A stretch of DNA of 64,000 bases from Octopus sinensis (GCF_006345805.1 NC_043006.1:6572001-6636000), one strand, 5' to 3'. Shown: positions 39,831 through 54,223, numbered from the stretch's first letter. The notes: generated from the letters alone by a model not told the origin. Program-made: numbers and translations.

Positions 39831-42800
39831 AAAAAAAAAATCTTCATACACTGTTGTGACTTATTCTCTCTATGTCTTTCCTGTTTAGCTTATCCTAGTA
39901 TTTGTCATGTAAGGAGTTCCCTAGCCATCATCATACTTATTATTATCATTCTTGGATGAAAGAGTAGCGCATGCCATCATAGTGACCTTGGTATACAAAT
40001 ATACAAAGCACAGCATAACCATCTTGACTAACAGTCTGTAAAGTTTACACAGGCACATGCATCGCAACCCTACGTGTATAACATGATCTGATATTAAAAT
40101 AATCACCGCATGAGATTGCAGATGGAACCCAGTTAGAATTTTCTGTTGGTCGGGAAGTCTATCCTGTTCAAGTTGTCCATGAATAAGGGTTGTCTAAAAT
40201 TTTGATGAAAGAAAACTCATGAGTGAACTTTTAGAGGACACTTGTTGACTAAATTAATGTTGGATTATTTAAGGCTACAATTGCTTTTGGAAAGTTTGCC
40301 CATCGTAGTGGGACGTGTCAGGTTGAAATCTAAACTATGTGTGTACAAACCTTGTGCTTGAGCACTACCTACTACAGACATATAAAGAAATTTGATACAT
40401 TTCTCATGTTCTGTTTGTGCAATATCTGCAACCTAAAACTGGAAGATAAGTTATCAAATGCCAAAATTTAAAAAAATGTCGTATGTCTAGTATCGAAATC
40501 ATGCTGTATAGAACTGAGTTTACGATGAGCAAAACATGTTCGACTGCAAGATGATTGCATTCCGAAAATTCTTTTGTATGTCCAACAAGTAGAGGGATTT
40601 CACGGCTATGGAAGACTCATCCATAATTATAAGCATAATTTCAAACAATCGCTAAAATCTTAACAGCTTAATTTAACATCTTGGGAAGATTTTGCCTATA
40701 TCGATCTGTATGGTGTAAAGTGTGTCGCGATGCATCTAACAGAATGTGAGTTGAAGAAACAGAAGCATAAAGGAATCAAATCCTGCAATGAATAAGAACA
40801 TTTGTCCAATCCCGCACAAAATCAAAATGTTAATTGTGACTTTATAGCAAAATTCATACCTGGAATAAAATTCCATTGACATATCAATCATAAATAGATG
40901 CAGCTTCTTTTATTTTTAATCTATTTTGTTTTAAAACCTTTCATATTGCACAAACAGAGCAAGTGAAATGTTTCAAGTTTCTTTATGTGTCTATAGTAGA
41001 TAGACCACGCTTCTGCTCCGTACCTGAAAGGACGTGAGTGACCATCATTGTTATTTTGGTTACTAAGGATAACAGCGGATCATTGTTGCTGGATACCAAG
41101 TTGTACCCGGCAGATTTTGTTGTCTGACACCTTTCTTATTGTTCTTCTTACATTAGGAAAATAGGCTTTCTGGATAAAGAAGGACTCGCTATACTCATGT
41201 ATGAATCCGACCCGCATTATCGATTAAGCAACACGTATTTTCCCCTCTATAGGCTAGTTTAGAGAATATCCTGGTTGAATGTTCTGTCTGACTATACTGT
41301 TGTACTTTAATATCCCACAATACTTTTGAAGGGTCATTTTCCAGATTGTTTCTTCTCTGTTAATATGGTTTTGCAATTATTTTTTCTAGAGTTGCCAGTG
41401 TATGGTTGTAATAACGTTATCATATGCATAATTTGTATACACTCTGACACTCTGAGAGGTCTATTTAAATGAAAATACTGTAGACAAAACTATCTTCTCT
41501 TTCATTGCGCATTCTACATTCAGTTAAGATTACTTCCTTATCGATGTTTTCCTGTTGTAACATATCTTACTTGATACTGCACAGTTTGAATCAATCGTTC
41601 GTTTTCTTTCTTAAACACTCACTTATTTCGCCATTGAAATGAATTCTGTCTATTACGCCCTTCGGAACTTTGGAAACAACTTTTCATCATCTGTTTCAGT
41701 TCCGATCATTGGCTTCTCTCTCTGAGATTTTTACTTTTTCCCTTTCCGTTCGTTCTCATAATGTCCTCAACAGATTTCAAAAGGAATCTTCTATACTTTT
41801 ATCTTATTTTTATACGACATTTCTATTGCATTACAATCTATCCAGAATAAGATTATGTACATTGTCAGCAATTTCTTGATGTTTTGTCAACGTTCTAAAG
41901 CCGGTCTTTAAATCCATTTGCTTAAGCCCTCGATGTGCCCTAATGGAATACGGCTTCTGAGTTTAAGTAATTTTAAGTATTTTTAAAACTATTTTTGAAT
42001 TTTAGTATTTCCTTCTCGTTTGGAAATATCTGTTCCTGACATTACCTCTTCTTATTTCGTTTTTATACAATGAGCTTCCAAAACTCCTGTATTTTTATCC
42101 CTTTGTGCATCAATGCGCTGCATCTTCGCCCCAGTCAGTAAATTCAATACCGTATGTTTATAGAAGCTTTGCTTCAGTTATTAACGTTTAGCAATACAAA
42201 ATTCCATCATGACATTGCTAAAACCTTTTACAGCATTTACAATGATTTCTATTTATCTATAAGTCATGTTGTATAGCTTTGGGTCTTCCATGAAGTTTAG
42301 GCTTAATAATCCCCTTGTTGCTTATGAAATTATATCCAGCTTTTACGTATCTTAATACTGCAGAAAATGGGACAAAATCAATGAATCAGATTAGAGGGGA
42401 TTGTCTACTACCTTGAAGTTATTCTTATCTATTTTAATTTTTTTTTTATTTAATGGATGCCTTCTTGCAGTTGGTTCCGTTTCTCAACCTCCCATGTTTA
42501 CAGTTATTGGTTTGGAGACGTTATTTGCAATTTTAAATATACAGAGAGTTTTAAAATACAAGATGTCACATGTCTGTTGGTAGTTGCTCCTCAAGCCCTT
42601 ACTTTTCTTGCAAATTCTTAATTTCATCATTTTAGCAATATTTAGTTTTTATCGTTCTTTAATTTTTCCTGCGTTCGATTTTTTTGTTAGGGAGTAGGTT
42701 ATGTTCCTCTAAGTGTGAATAGATTTCATAAAAGAAAATATTTGTTTACAATCTGTATATTCTTGGGAAGCAAGTTTGAGGTTTGTCTGTTATTTTTAGT

Positions 42801-43055
42801 GCATTCCTGCTTTTCATCCACAGTAGTATTTTCCCCCAATAATTCAATCGGGGATACTTTTACTTCGGTAACATTGATTCAATAATTTAGTCAGTACTTG
42901 CCACTATGTATTAACGTTTCTCAGTAAGAACCTCCGATGTCCATGATTTAGTAGTAATTTTTGTCAAGTTTGATTTAACAATGAATATATAAAAAAAATA
43001 GAAATAGAAATTTCTAAATATCTCAGAGAGATATAAGCAGTGGTGGAACGATAAA

Positions 43056-43361
43056 GCAGTTGTATACTGTCAACTTAACGTGACAGTCCCATAAAGAGAA
43101 CCACACCACCGTTATTTAGCCCTAGGAATCATCTACGCTTCCTGTCGGCCTTGCTACTCCAGACTGATGACGAACAAGACTCAGAAACATGTCTCTGGAT
43201 GCAGGCTTAGCTGGATGGGGTGCTTGTCTCCCTTTTGTAAACATAAGGACACAAGAAATGTGCCAAGGCCGACAGGAAGCGTTGATGCTTCCTGGGGCTA
43301 AATAGCAGTAGTGTGATTCCCTTTATGGGACTGTCACGTTAAGTTGACTGTATACAACTGC
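43056..43361 (+). mobile_element. Penelope-like fragment: 98-bp inverted repeats around a hammerhead
   Basis: Arms at 43056-43153 and 43264-43361; hammerhead at 43158-43199. Confidence 0.7.
43158..43199 (+). ncRNA. Minimal type I hammerhead ribozyme motif
   Basis: TCCAGA-CTGATGA-CGA..TCA-GAAA-CATG-TC-TCTGGA; perfect 6-bp stem I, palindromic ACATGT, weak stem II. Confidence 0.7.
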
Positions 43362-44628
43362 ATTGATGAATATATACTTTCATTTAAACTTTTGCATGTG
43401 AAGACAGCAAGGATAACACAAATACTACAACCACATTAGTAAAAGATTAGAGAATGCATATGTGTATAAAACACAGGTTGACGTCATAAATAAAATGTCG
43501 TTAGACATTTCAGATCCATATAGGTTCTATATAATTTAAAACTACTCATCTAAGAGATTTGGCAATGACATGGACTTTTAAAAATTATATTGCAATTTCA
43601 ATTTTTGTGAAGTAAATATTTATGAATGATGAATATATTTTTTTACAAAATAAAGCCCATTTGAAAGCTCTGCACAAAATCCAATATAATAACGATTTCT
43701 TTCATAGCTTTGATCCCGTAGTACTATTTTCCAAAAGACTGCATATTATTGATGACTTTGCTCAAAACAAAATAAATATTGACAGGAAAAGTAAATAATA
43801 GAATACACACTACATTTGGAAGTTAGTCCATTAAGAGAAACAGGAAAATGTATTTTATTGCAAGTTCAAAGGAAATGTTGCAATATAAATAATATTGATA
43901 AATAAAATTCAAAAATTATATAAACTACTTAGCTAAGTAATATCATAAAACTTAAAATATAGGTTACGTTAAAATTGTCTTATGTTCTCGGGATTAGTGA
44001 CCGGACAAAAACGTAGTCATGAAAATTTTTTTTAATATTTTCAGACAGAAGACACATTAGGAAACATCAGTCAAAGGAATATAAAATAGCTTACAAGCGA
44101 AGCCTTGGTAGTACGCAGTTATCTTATAAAATATATCCTCGTTAGATTACATAAACTAACGTAATTCCCTATAAATCAATATGCTGACGTCCAGCTTTCG
44201 ATTCCCATAAGAATTATAATATTTCTATTGCCCTGGCAGCTGAGAATGTCATGGAAATCGTATATCATTTCATATACCTAGTTATCCGTAAGTTTCGCAT
44301 TAATATTTAATTAGTATTCCAATTTTTAATAAGCCGGAAATATAATAAAGCGCCTACAAAATAGGTATATTTCTCTCATAACAATTCTAATCTGACCAGT
44401 TTAATTTCCATTATGAAGCTAATCTAATAACTCTAATCCAATACAGCGTTAATAGACAGGAAAATGGAGAGGTCTGAGTATTATATTGCCAATTCTGCAT
44501 AAAAGTTAATAGCCCGGTGAGAGATGCTGATCTTTACTAAAGGTTATGTATAATATTCCACTTTTATAAGCTTCCTTCACGGTTACGCGAAACGAATGAA
44601 ATCAGTTTGTAAAATTTTAATGGAAACA

Positions 44629-45890
44629 AGGCAGTAAGCTGGCAGAATCGTTAGAACGCTGAACAAGATGCTTAGCTGCATTTCGTCTATCCTTGCATTC
44701 TGAGTTCAAATTCCGTTAAGGTCGACTTTGCCCTTCAAACTTTCGGGGTCGAAAGCACTGGAGTCGATGTAATCGACTTTAACCCCTTTCCTCAAAATTG
44801 TTGGCTTTGTATTATAAAATTTGAAATCAGTATTAAGGCGGCGAATTGGCAGAATAATTAGCCGGGCAAAATGGTTAGAGGCATTTCGTCTGCCTTTAGG
44901 TTCTGAGTTCAAATTCCACTGATGTCGTCTTTGCCTTTCATCCTCTCAGATTCGGTTAACACTGGAATCGACGTAATCGATTTATGCCACTCCCACCACC
45001 ACACACACACGCGCATACACACACACATAAAATTGTTGACCTTCTGCCATCATTTGAAACAAATTTCCGAATGGAAATAAGTCGGCAAACTGGCAGAACC
45101 CTTAGCACGCCAGGCAAAATGCTTAGTAGCATTTCATCCGTCTTTACATTCTGAGTTCAAACTCTGCCGAGACTGACTTTGTCTTTCATCCATTCGAAGT
45201 CGATAAAATAAGTACCAGTTAAGTACTGGGGTTGATATTACAGATTTATCCCCTCACCAGAAACTACTGTCTTTGTGCCAAAATTTGAAAGCAATATTCG
45301 AGAGGAAATAAGGCGGGGGGGGGGGGGCTAGCAGAAAACTTAACATGCCGGGGAAAATGCTTAGCGGCATTTCGACCTTCTTTACGCTCCGAGTTCAATT
45401 TCTGCTGAGGTCGTCTCTACCTTTCATCATTTCGGATTTGGTAAAATAAGTCCAAGCTGAACACTGGAATTGATGTAATCGATTTATCTCTTCGCCCAAA
45501 ATTGCTAACCTTTTACCAACATTCAAGATTAGTATTCGATTATAAATAAGGCGGCGATCTGGCAGAATCTTTTCCCCCAAGGACAAAAGGTTTGCAGCAT
45601 CTCTACCGACATTATACTCTGAGTTGAAATACCGCTAGGGTCGACTTTGCCATTACTGCTTTCGGAGTTGATAACATTATCACCAACATAGAAATTGTTG
45701 CCTTTGCGCCAAAAATTTAAAGCTAATAAACTGATTGTAAGTGATTAGTGGCGTTCTTTAAAATCTTTCCGTTCTGTGTTCAAATGCCAACAGTGTCCAC
45801 TTTGCCTTTCGTCTTTGGGCCAATGTACTCGACTAGGCCTGTTCTCCTAAAATTGATAGACTTGCGCCAAAAATGTCAAACCAATATCAG
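44629..45890 (+). mobile_element. Head-to-tail array of about six old S3-headed SINEs with a different tail (…GTGCCAAAATTTGAAA)
   Basis: Units start at about 44629, 44835, 45078, 45310, 45548 and 45745, each with an S3 head or body such as TCTGAGTTCAAATTCC...GTCGACTTTGCC. Confidence 0.8.
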
Positions 45891-47369
45891 ACTGAATGGG
45901 ATGGAAGATAGCAAATTGCATACTGAATTCTGCTTGAAATCGCTCGGTTTTGATATCAGTCAACTCAGCTGTAGAGAAACAGAATCCCTTGCAAATAAAT
46001 TTTTAAAATCTCATCGTATCAATGTAAGAAATCAATACAAACGAAAATTTTTTCACGTGGCAATAATTGTTTTCTCAACGACTCTGTTTAATTAATATGG
46101 TTCAGAAATTGATTCAAAATGTTATCAAGTGGTTTTAACTATTTGCAGTGTTTTAAATTTATTTTATTTGCCTAATTCAACCGCACTTTCTTTCCGTTTT
46201 ATTCTTGTTATATCATCGAAACCTTATATAAATCTTCTAGAATACGATGAAAGCTCTTGTTAAATCTAAGAGAAAATTCGGAAAAAGGTTTACAATAAAA
46301 CGCTCAATCTATATTATAATCATTAAAAGAAGATTAGTAAACTAGGAACCTGATGTATTAATTAGATTTAATGGTAAAGAATATAGTTTGGTATGTTGTT
46401 TGTTTTTGTTATGTGCAAAGTGAAATATTGTAACAGTTATAGCTTTAATTTATGCAGGACTATTTAAAAAAAATAAAATTGATGCTTAATATATAATACA
46501 TTAATACTTAAGTATCTGCACGATCTCAACTCTCCTTGTTAATTAAGTTGTTCATGAAGCAACTGATATACTATCCATAAGAATTAAAGGATTTTCAGCT
46601 TGTTCCTACCACGAAACAGCATTTAATAAAGTGATTTATTATAATTTAATGTCCATGGGATATTAGATATATTACAGCAAAATACAAGATTTTTATTTTT
46701 CAATTACTTCATTAAAATTAATTTGTTTTGTAAAGCTCAAAGCTATTTTGCAGCATTTACAGTTCAAATTTTAGTATGAATTGGATTTATTCGAACGTTT
46801 CCTAACTATAACGTATGTACCGAATTGATATGAAAATTTCTATTAGAAAATTGCTCACGTTTTTTAATGATAGAATCTCTAAGCTATATTCATATTTTTC
46901 TCTTCTTTAACAGCAATTTAGAAAAAAATCTATGATTTCAAGTTTTACAGGTATTTGAAAGTAAAAGCACTTTTTTCAAGGAAGGCTGATTTGTATCATG
47001 AAAGCAATAAGTATATGAATATAGGACACTTATTTAAATGCTATATACTTCTCTATCATTCTATGGAATTTGCTGACTGATGTTTAGAAACAAGCTATAT
47101 GATAATAATTTAGAAATAGAAAATACATAGATAGTAGTTTTAATCCAAATTATACACCTGTAACGTCAAGAAATCGTAAGGCAAATTTATTCTCATATAT
47201 ATTTGACTGAAGATTGCATGTTGCAGTGAAGACGTACGAATCAGACACGTATATTGTAGAGTTTAGTTTGGCACTGCCCAATTCTTACCCACATGTCACC
47301 ATATTTTATGTCATAATCGAATTTATCAGATAAATTTTCTGCTATCACATTAAGAGTGTGGGAAACTTA

Positions 47370-47593
47370 CTGGCAGAAACGTTAGCACGCCGGGCAAAAT
47401 GCTTAGCAGTAGTTCGTCTGTCGTTACCTTCTGAGTTCGAATTCCGCCGAGGTCGACTTTGCCTTTCATCCTTTCGGGGTCGATAAATTAAGTACCAGTT
47501 TCACACTGGGGTCGATGTAATCGACTTAATCCCTTTGTCTGTCCTTGTTTGTCCCCTCTATGTTTAGCCCCTTCGGGGTAGTAAAGAAATAGG
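47370..47593 (+). mobile_element. SINE S3, slightly 5'-truncated
   Basis: Matches the S3 consensus; tail ends GTAAAGAAATAGG. Confidence 0.88.
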
Positions 47594-48620
47594 TAGGTCA
47601 CTCGCTACACTAGGGATTATCGATTAAGATTTGTATTTATCTTCGCGTCTTTTAGGGCTTATTAGTTATTCTTGCGACAAAATTATCTCAGCAAAGAATT
47701 GTGATGAGACTTACTAGTTTCGTTTACGGTAGATCTCCCCATTTATGAATACAAGTGAATTCAATCAAATTAATACGTCATTGTATTGGACTATCAATGT
47801 GCAACTCCTTCACTGCCATCTAAAAGTATGATAAAACAGGAAACTTAACCAACATTTTATTGCTCGTTTTCGCCAATGGTTGTGAGTGTGCGTGTGTGCT
47901 TGCGTGTCCGCCTATGTTTGTACGTATGCTTCTGTGTATGTATATGTGTGTGTGTATGTGTGTGTGTGTTTGTGTGTAACTGTATGCCGTAGTAACTATC
48001 CCATCGATTAACATAAAGCTTGCGTGTTTTATTACTGATGCTGAAATCATCAGAACTGGTTATACTTTTTCTAGTCTTGCTATTTACATATATGGCATTA
48101 CCTTATATTTTGCAATAACACTTTATATTGTGTAGGATTAATATGAAAATTATTGTAGCTTCTCGATTTTGTAATCTCTTCCGATAACAAATATTCTGAA
48201 CCGTTGAGGATATTTAACAACATTTTCTTACTCGAGAATCTTTCTAGTCGAAAATTTCCGGTGAATCTGATAATCTATGATAAATTCATATTCGCTGGCC
48301 CAAAAAGTAATTATCCAGAGTTAAGAGAGAGATTTTCAGATTATTTCCGCTACTATGTTTGAGCTTCAGAGATGTATTTCTGTTTCTAAATTTTTATAAT
48401 CGCCTGAAGAGATACTATTAATACAATGGAGCATATATCTCTCAATCTAGAAACGACTAAGCGAAAGCTTCTTCCCGCCTGAGTTGGTAATATTCAGTTT
48501 TCTGACATTTTCTTTCAACTGCCCACGTAGAAGAAGAGATAATTTACATTGGTGTTGTGTTCTTGCGATGCTGATGCTTAGCGCCCAGCTGTTATCAGTT
48601 TGTACGTGCATCACAATACT

Positions 48621-48835
48621 TATTTCTTTACTACCCACAGAGGGAACAAACAAGGACAGACATAGGTATTAAGTCGATTACATCGACCCCAGTTCGTAAC
48701 TGGTACTTAATTTATCGACCCCGAAAGGATGAAAAGCAAAGTCGACCTCGGCGGAATTTGAACTCACAACGTAACGCAGACGAAATACCGCTAAGCATTT
48801 CGCCCGGCGTGCTAACGTTTCTGCCAGCTCGCCGC
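48621..48835 (-). mobile_element. SINE S3 monomer
   Basis: Head and tail both present; abuts the outer TSD at 48605-48620. Confidence 0.88.
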
Positions 48836-48866
48836 TGTCATCTTTTTAAAGAATATATATATATAT

Positions 48867-49040
48867 ATATTTCTTTACTACCCACAAGGGGCTAAACACA
48901 GAGAGGACAGAGAAACTGATTAAGTCGATTATATCGACCCCAGTGCGTAACTGGTACTTATTTAATCGACCCCGAAAGGATGAAAGGCAAAGTCGACCTC
49001 GGCGGAATTTGAACTCACGACGTAACGCAGACGAAATACC
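48867..49040 (-). mobile_element. 3' part (body and tail) of the S3 SINE split by the Tx1 LINE
   Basis: Ends exactly at GCAGACGAAATACC (49027-49040); the matching head is at 54388-54450. Confidence 0.9.
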
Positions 49041-49290
49041 AATTTCTTTATTGCCCACCGGGGGCCAAACATAGATATGGACAGTACAACTGATGGGATC
49101 AGTGAATCGATATGATTTTACATAAATGTGACATCAAAAATAAAATACAATACATAAAAATCGAATGGAATACACAGTACAAAAACAATACAAATGAAGC
49201 GATGATCAAGTTACGCTCCGATCCCACAAGCCCCGATCTACCGCTGATACCTTTTTATTTTTCCTTTTTTTTTTTTTTTTCCTCGTCTAT

Positions 49291-52200
49291 TCACACGGTT
49301 CCTTGCACGCACAACACTCGTGCAACATACTTCCATCTCTTTTGGAACGTACACTCTGACAGACACCTCTTCTCCAGCCACAGTTTCCTTTTCAAATGAA
49401 AAGAAAAAAAGGATCGTAAATTGTCACCAGAGATAAAGTTGCCTGTCTTAATTCCTTTTATCCTAGTATTCCATACAGCCTCTTTTGCTATTGCTACAAC
49501 CGTGAGAAAACAATTCTTACCTTCGTTCGTTAGAACTCCCGGTGGGTAAATTTTTATAATTGACTCAGTCGACAGCCGTACTCTTCCTTCGCCGGACAAC
49601 AGATGTTCAGCATAAGCCCACATTTCAGTTATCTCCGGACACTGAACAATAGCGTGAGGGACGGTTCCCTGTCCCCACCGCATCTTGGACAGGTCGGCGA
49701 CTGACGTTTACCATGTCTTGCGAGCTTATCCCAAACGGGCAAGGCACCTCTGTAGCATTGCCAGGTTAAGGACTTTTGGAAGTTGTCCAACGTTCTCAAC
49801 CCGAATGTACGATGAAACAAGCTGTCCAGTTGAATAAATCCGAGACCTAGAGTCGACCCCAGGCCATCGTCGCATTCAGACTCTACCAACCCACTATATA
49901 AAATCCGTGTGGAACCCCCACCGCTGGCGTTGCCCGAGCGCCGGAACAGCAAGAGGGCCTTACGGCACTCTTTATGCCACTCACTCGACCTCGGTCTACG
50001 AGAACACCAGGCTTCCTGTTCGCAAAAACTCTTGAACTCAGGGAACATTTGTCTGGCCAGCGGAGACCACACCCGTTCACTATCCAGGAGAATCCAGAGG
50101 TGCCTCAACCTCAACGCATGTCTGCGCATCATTAACCAAGGCATCCCTAAACCTCCATTTAAAGGCTTTTGACAGCAGACAGAGCGTTTCACAAGTGGCG
50201 ACCTGCCCTTCCACAAAAAGCGAAAGAGCTGTCTCTCCAACCTGATCAACCACGAATCCGGACAGGGCACGACAGTCAGGCGGTAGGTAATGACCGATGC
50301 GATAAACACATTGGCCACTTCCGCCCTCCCTTTCAGGGATAGCCACCGCCAAGACCAAGTCTTGACTACTGCAGCCACCCTGCTCAATACCTCCGTCCAG
50401 TTCTTCTCTATCTGGAGGCCTGGTCCAAACCAGACTCCCAGCAACTTAACCGGTCCCTCCGTCCAGCGCCTAACAACACTGTCTGAAGGCATCGACTTGC
50501 CAACCCAGGTGCCGAGCTGCAAGCCGACCGACTTTTCCCGGTTAATCTTTGCTCCTGCTACCTCCTCGTAAGCCTCAATAGTCTTACCTACTTCACGTAG
50601 GCGTACCACTGTGGTTACACTGATAGTGATATCATCCGCGAAAGCCGTAACAAACTCCTCTAGTCCTGGTTCTCTCGGGATGCCACTCAACCTTTGCAGT
50701 AATGGCTCGAGAGCCATCACATACAAAAGTGGTGAAAGCGGACATCCTTGACGAACCGAGCGTCTGATGCAGAACGGCTTCGAAAGGAAACCGTTCACCC
50801 GAACTATCGAGTCAATGTTGTGGTACAAAGCGATAAACCACCTGAGGAAGCCAAGGCCCAGGCCAAACCGCGCAAGTACAGTCGCTAGGTATCGATGGTC
50901 AACCCTATCAAAAGCTTTAGACTGGTCCAAATGCACCAATGCCCCACCTTTGCCAGATTTATTACCAAACCTCTCTATGGTATAGCGAATAAGATGGAGG
51001 GTATCCTGAATGGTTCTGCCTGGGATGGCACATGTCTGTGCCTCCCCGACTATACCATTCGCGACACGCGCCAACCTTTTTGCTAGAACCTTGGCCAAAA
51101 TCTTCACTTCTGCGTTTAACAGAGTGATGGGCCTGAAATTCTCTAGAACGTCCCCCTTGTCCGGGTCCTTTCTGACCAACGTCACTACTCCCCGGCGCAC
51201 AGATCTGGGGATAAACCCATTCTGTTTCCAGTTCGCGTACACGTCAGTCAGTAGTTGCCCGAACAAGTCTGGCATACATTTATACAGCTCGTACGGAAGA
51301 CCATCAAGTCCCGGTGACTTACCCGCTTTACAATCGGCCAAAGCCTCCATCACCTCCTCAAGTGTGATTGGCCCTTCGCAAGACTCCGCATCCGACCCCG
51401 AGAGGCACGGCAGCCCGGTAAGAAAGTCCTCGAGGGCTCTCCCACCACCAGGACCGCCGTCACCCCCGAACAGCTGGGCGAAGTACTCCCGAAAGACCTC
51501 ACACATTTTCTCGGGTTCGTTTATCAAGACACCATTTTGATTCGTCAAAGACCGAATAGAGGAACTATTTCCTTGCCGAGCTTCCACCACTCGGGCCCAT
51601 CCAGCGGCTTTGATTCCTTCACTTCCCATTGCACGTAACTTAGCTCTGGTAATACTTCCCATGTGGTGGGCTTCAAGATGCTGGTTTAACTCCAGTCTTT
51701 TCACCCTCGCTTGGTCTGTATTACCAGTCCTCCAGGCTTCTAGTTCCTTAACTAGACCATCTCCTATTTTACGTCCCTTCTTAGCTAAACTTATGCTAAA
51801 CCTAATAGACTCATATTTGATGGCTCTTTTTAGGGCGTACCACCATTTGTTATTAATGATGGTACCTGTTAATGCCCTCTGTATTAACATCTTGATCCGC
51901 TTTCTGTACTCCTCAATCGCCAAAAGGGACGTATTGAGTTTCCAGTAGCCAGATCCCTGTCTATGCAACTTATCTACCGTCAGTTTACAGGTAACCATCT
52001 TGTGGTCACTGTAGCTGACTAGAAAAAACTGTGGACACTCAACTATGGACTTATCTTTTTCTCTAATTAAAATCCTATCTAGATATGTTCTGGTAGACCC
52101 GTCACTATTTGACCACGTCCACTGTGGAGTGTTCGGGTGCTCCAACCTATATGGATCTGCTAGCTGAAATTGACTTAGCAGATCCCGAAAGCCTGTGTTA

Positions 52201-52691
52201 CATTTTCTGTTCATGTTCGAGTTTGAGCCAACACAATCTGTGTGTGCTGCACATATTGTATTAGAGTCTCCTAACACTACTAGTGAATGCGACGTGGCTA
52301 GGAACTTTCCTAGGCCACGAAAATATTCAGTTTGCGGGCCAATAATGTTTGGTGCATAAATAGCGACCAGCCTGATTGTCTTGCCACAACTGAATGTCAA
52401 GTCGAGAACGACCAGCCTGCCTTCTGGGTCAGAAAAAACCAACTTTTTCTCGGCTACCCGGTTCTTTTTAGTAGGACCAACACCCCACCCCCACCTCCCG
52501 CCCGACTCGGAGAAACGTATTTCTCGTAGCCGTTCAGGAGGGGAGAGCAGATCTCTTGGCCCCTTCACCCGGGTTTCCGTTGCAACAATTACATCCAAAT
52601 TTCTCGACCTGATGTCATTCAGAAAGCGTCCTTGCTTCCAGCTTGACAACAGGCCATGAACATTTAAACAACCAATGTGAATAGCCATCAC
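49291..52691 (-). CDS. Tx1 ORF2 (apurinic endonuclease plus reverse transcriptase), frameshifted
   Basis: APE motifs CLNVHGL, YAPN, LDRILI and SDH; GYWKLN; RT motifs KSPGLDGLPYELY, FRPITLLN, DQSKAFDRVDH, RQGCPLSP and FADD; C-terminal CPRC...H...C continues in ORF 49291-49683 after a frameshift near 49665. Confidence 0.93.
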
Positions 52692-52699
52692 TTACCTGT

Positions 52700-54223
52700 T
52701 TAATTAGGATTGTCCGGTGGAGGGGGACCCTCCACCTTTTTTTTATCCAGGGTCGGAGGTGGACGGTCTTGGGAAATAGATTTGTCAAAATCCCGTCTCA
52801 CCACCGACACAGAATTATCAGGTGGAGGGGGAATCTCCACCTTTTCCTTTTCTCGCGGGATCGGAGCTGGTAATCCATGAAATATCGACTTGTTAAAATC
52901 TAATCTCAATGAAGATACAGTCTTTCTGTACTTATTTTGTAGAATTCTATAAGTCTTATTTGAGACTTCATATATGTCGTAATTGATAAATTCCTCTGAA
53001 AGGTTATCAATTTTTTTTACAGTCTTTATGAGTTGAATGTCTCTCATGAGCTCAGTATCTTTAGTGTATACGGCTATTATGCCTTTTTCTTCTTTTTCTC
53101 TTCTGGCAGTCTTTTTTGGTCGTTGTTCTGTAGTAGTCGCCGCTCTCGGCTGGGTTGCTGGTTGTATTTTTCTTTTGTTTGTTGTTTTTTTCTCATCTGT
53201 TTCTTCTTATCTTCTTCCTCTTTGTCTTTTTTCCTCCTCTCCTCCTCCTTCATTTTCCTTGCAGTTCCTTCGAATGTGGCCTAATTGACCACATAAAAAA
53301 CATCGAGGTTTTCGGCCCTCAACAAACACCACGAGGTTCTCCTCCCCTACCTCAATTGTCTCAGGAATTGTTTGAATTATTTTAGGGTCCGCTTGAATGA
53401 GAAGATTAATTGTTTTACCATCCCAGCGTGGGTTTTCCGTAGCGGTAGCCTGGAGGAGAGTAATTTTTTCTACCTCTTTGATTAGGACTGCCGCCAACAA
53501 CCACATAGGTTCGACCTCTGGCGGGACCCTTGTAATTTTTATTCGCGACGTCCTCATCCCCATATAATAGGGTATTAACTCCACGTCGTTCGTTTTCAAC
53601 GTTTCCACTGAGTTCTTGTGTGCTATTTCTTTATTGGTGAAACTTACTTCCACCGTTCCGAATTTTTTTCCTCTTCTCAGAAATACTACGTCGCCCAATA
53701 TTGGCTTTAAGCACTTTTCTATTTTCTCTTCTGACATTCTTTCAATTTTTCTATTTTGTAGACAATATGTTTTGAAAATTGTTTTTTGCTTTTCTTCCTG
53801 TAATAACTTTTGCGGAGGTTCAATTTTCACACTGTTGTCATTTATTTCCATCATTTTGCTGTATTTCATAATTTCGCTTTTATTCGTCGACAGTATCTGG
53901 GTTCCACCCCCAGCAGCCAACGCAAAACTTTTTTTTCCATTTTTTGGTTCTATCTGGATGCTAGGCACATCAATTATTCTCTTCGACACAATGCCTTTGT
54001 TCTCTGGCAAAGTCGGAAACTCTTCTGGTGAAAGTTCTGACGAGCTCTCAGACACATCTCCAAAAATATCAAATATATTATCCTCTCTGCTATTCCTTCT
54101 TGTAGCGGGGGAAACCCCTATTTCCTTGTCTGTAGTTGGCTCCTCGCCGGACATGTATTTCCTCCTCTCAACAGGAGAAACAAGTATTTCTGCTCCAACG
54201 GTAGGCTCCATGCTAGACGACAT
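52700..54223 (-). CDS. Tx1 ORF1 (gag-like, CCHC zinc knuckle), one frameshift near 53230
   Basis: CFLCGQLGHIRRNC knuckle; ORF 53207-54250 joins ORF 52700-53047 through an open K/E-rich frame; stops 8 nt before the ORF2 ATG. Confidence 0.82.
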
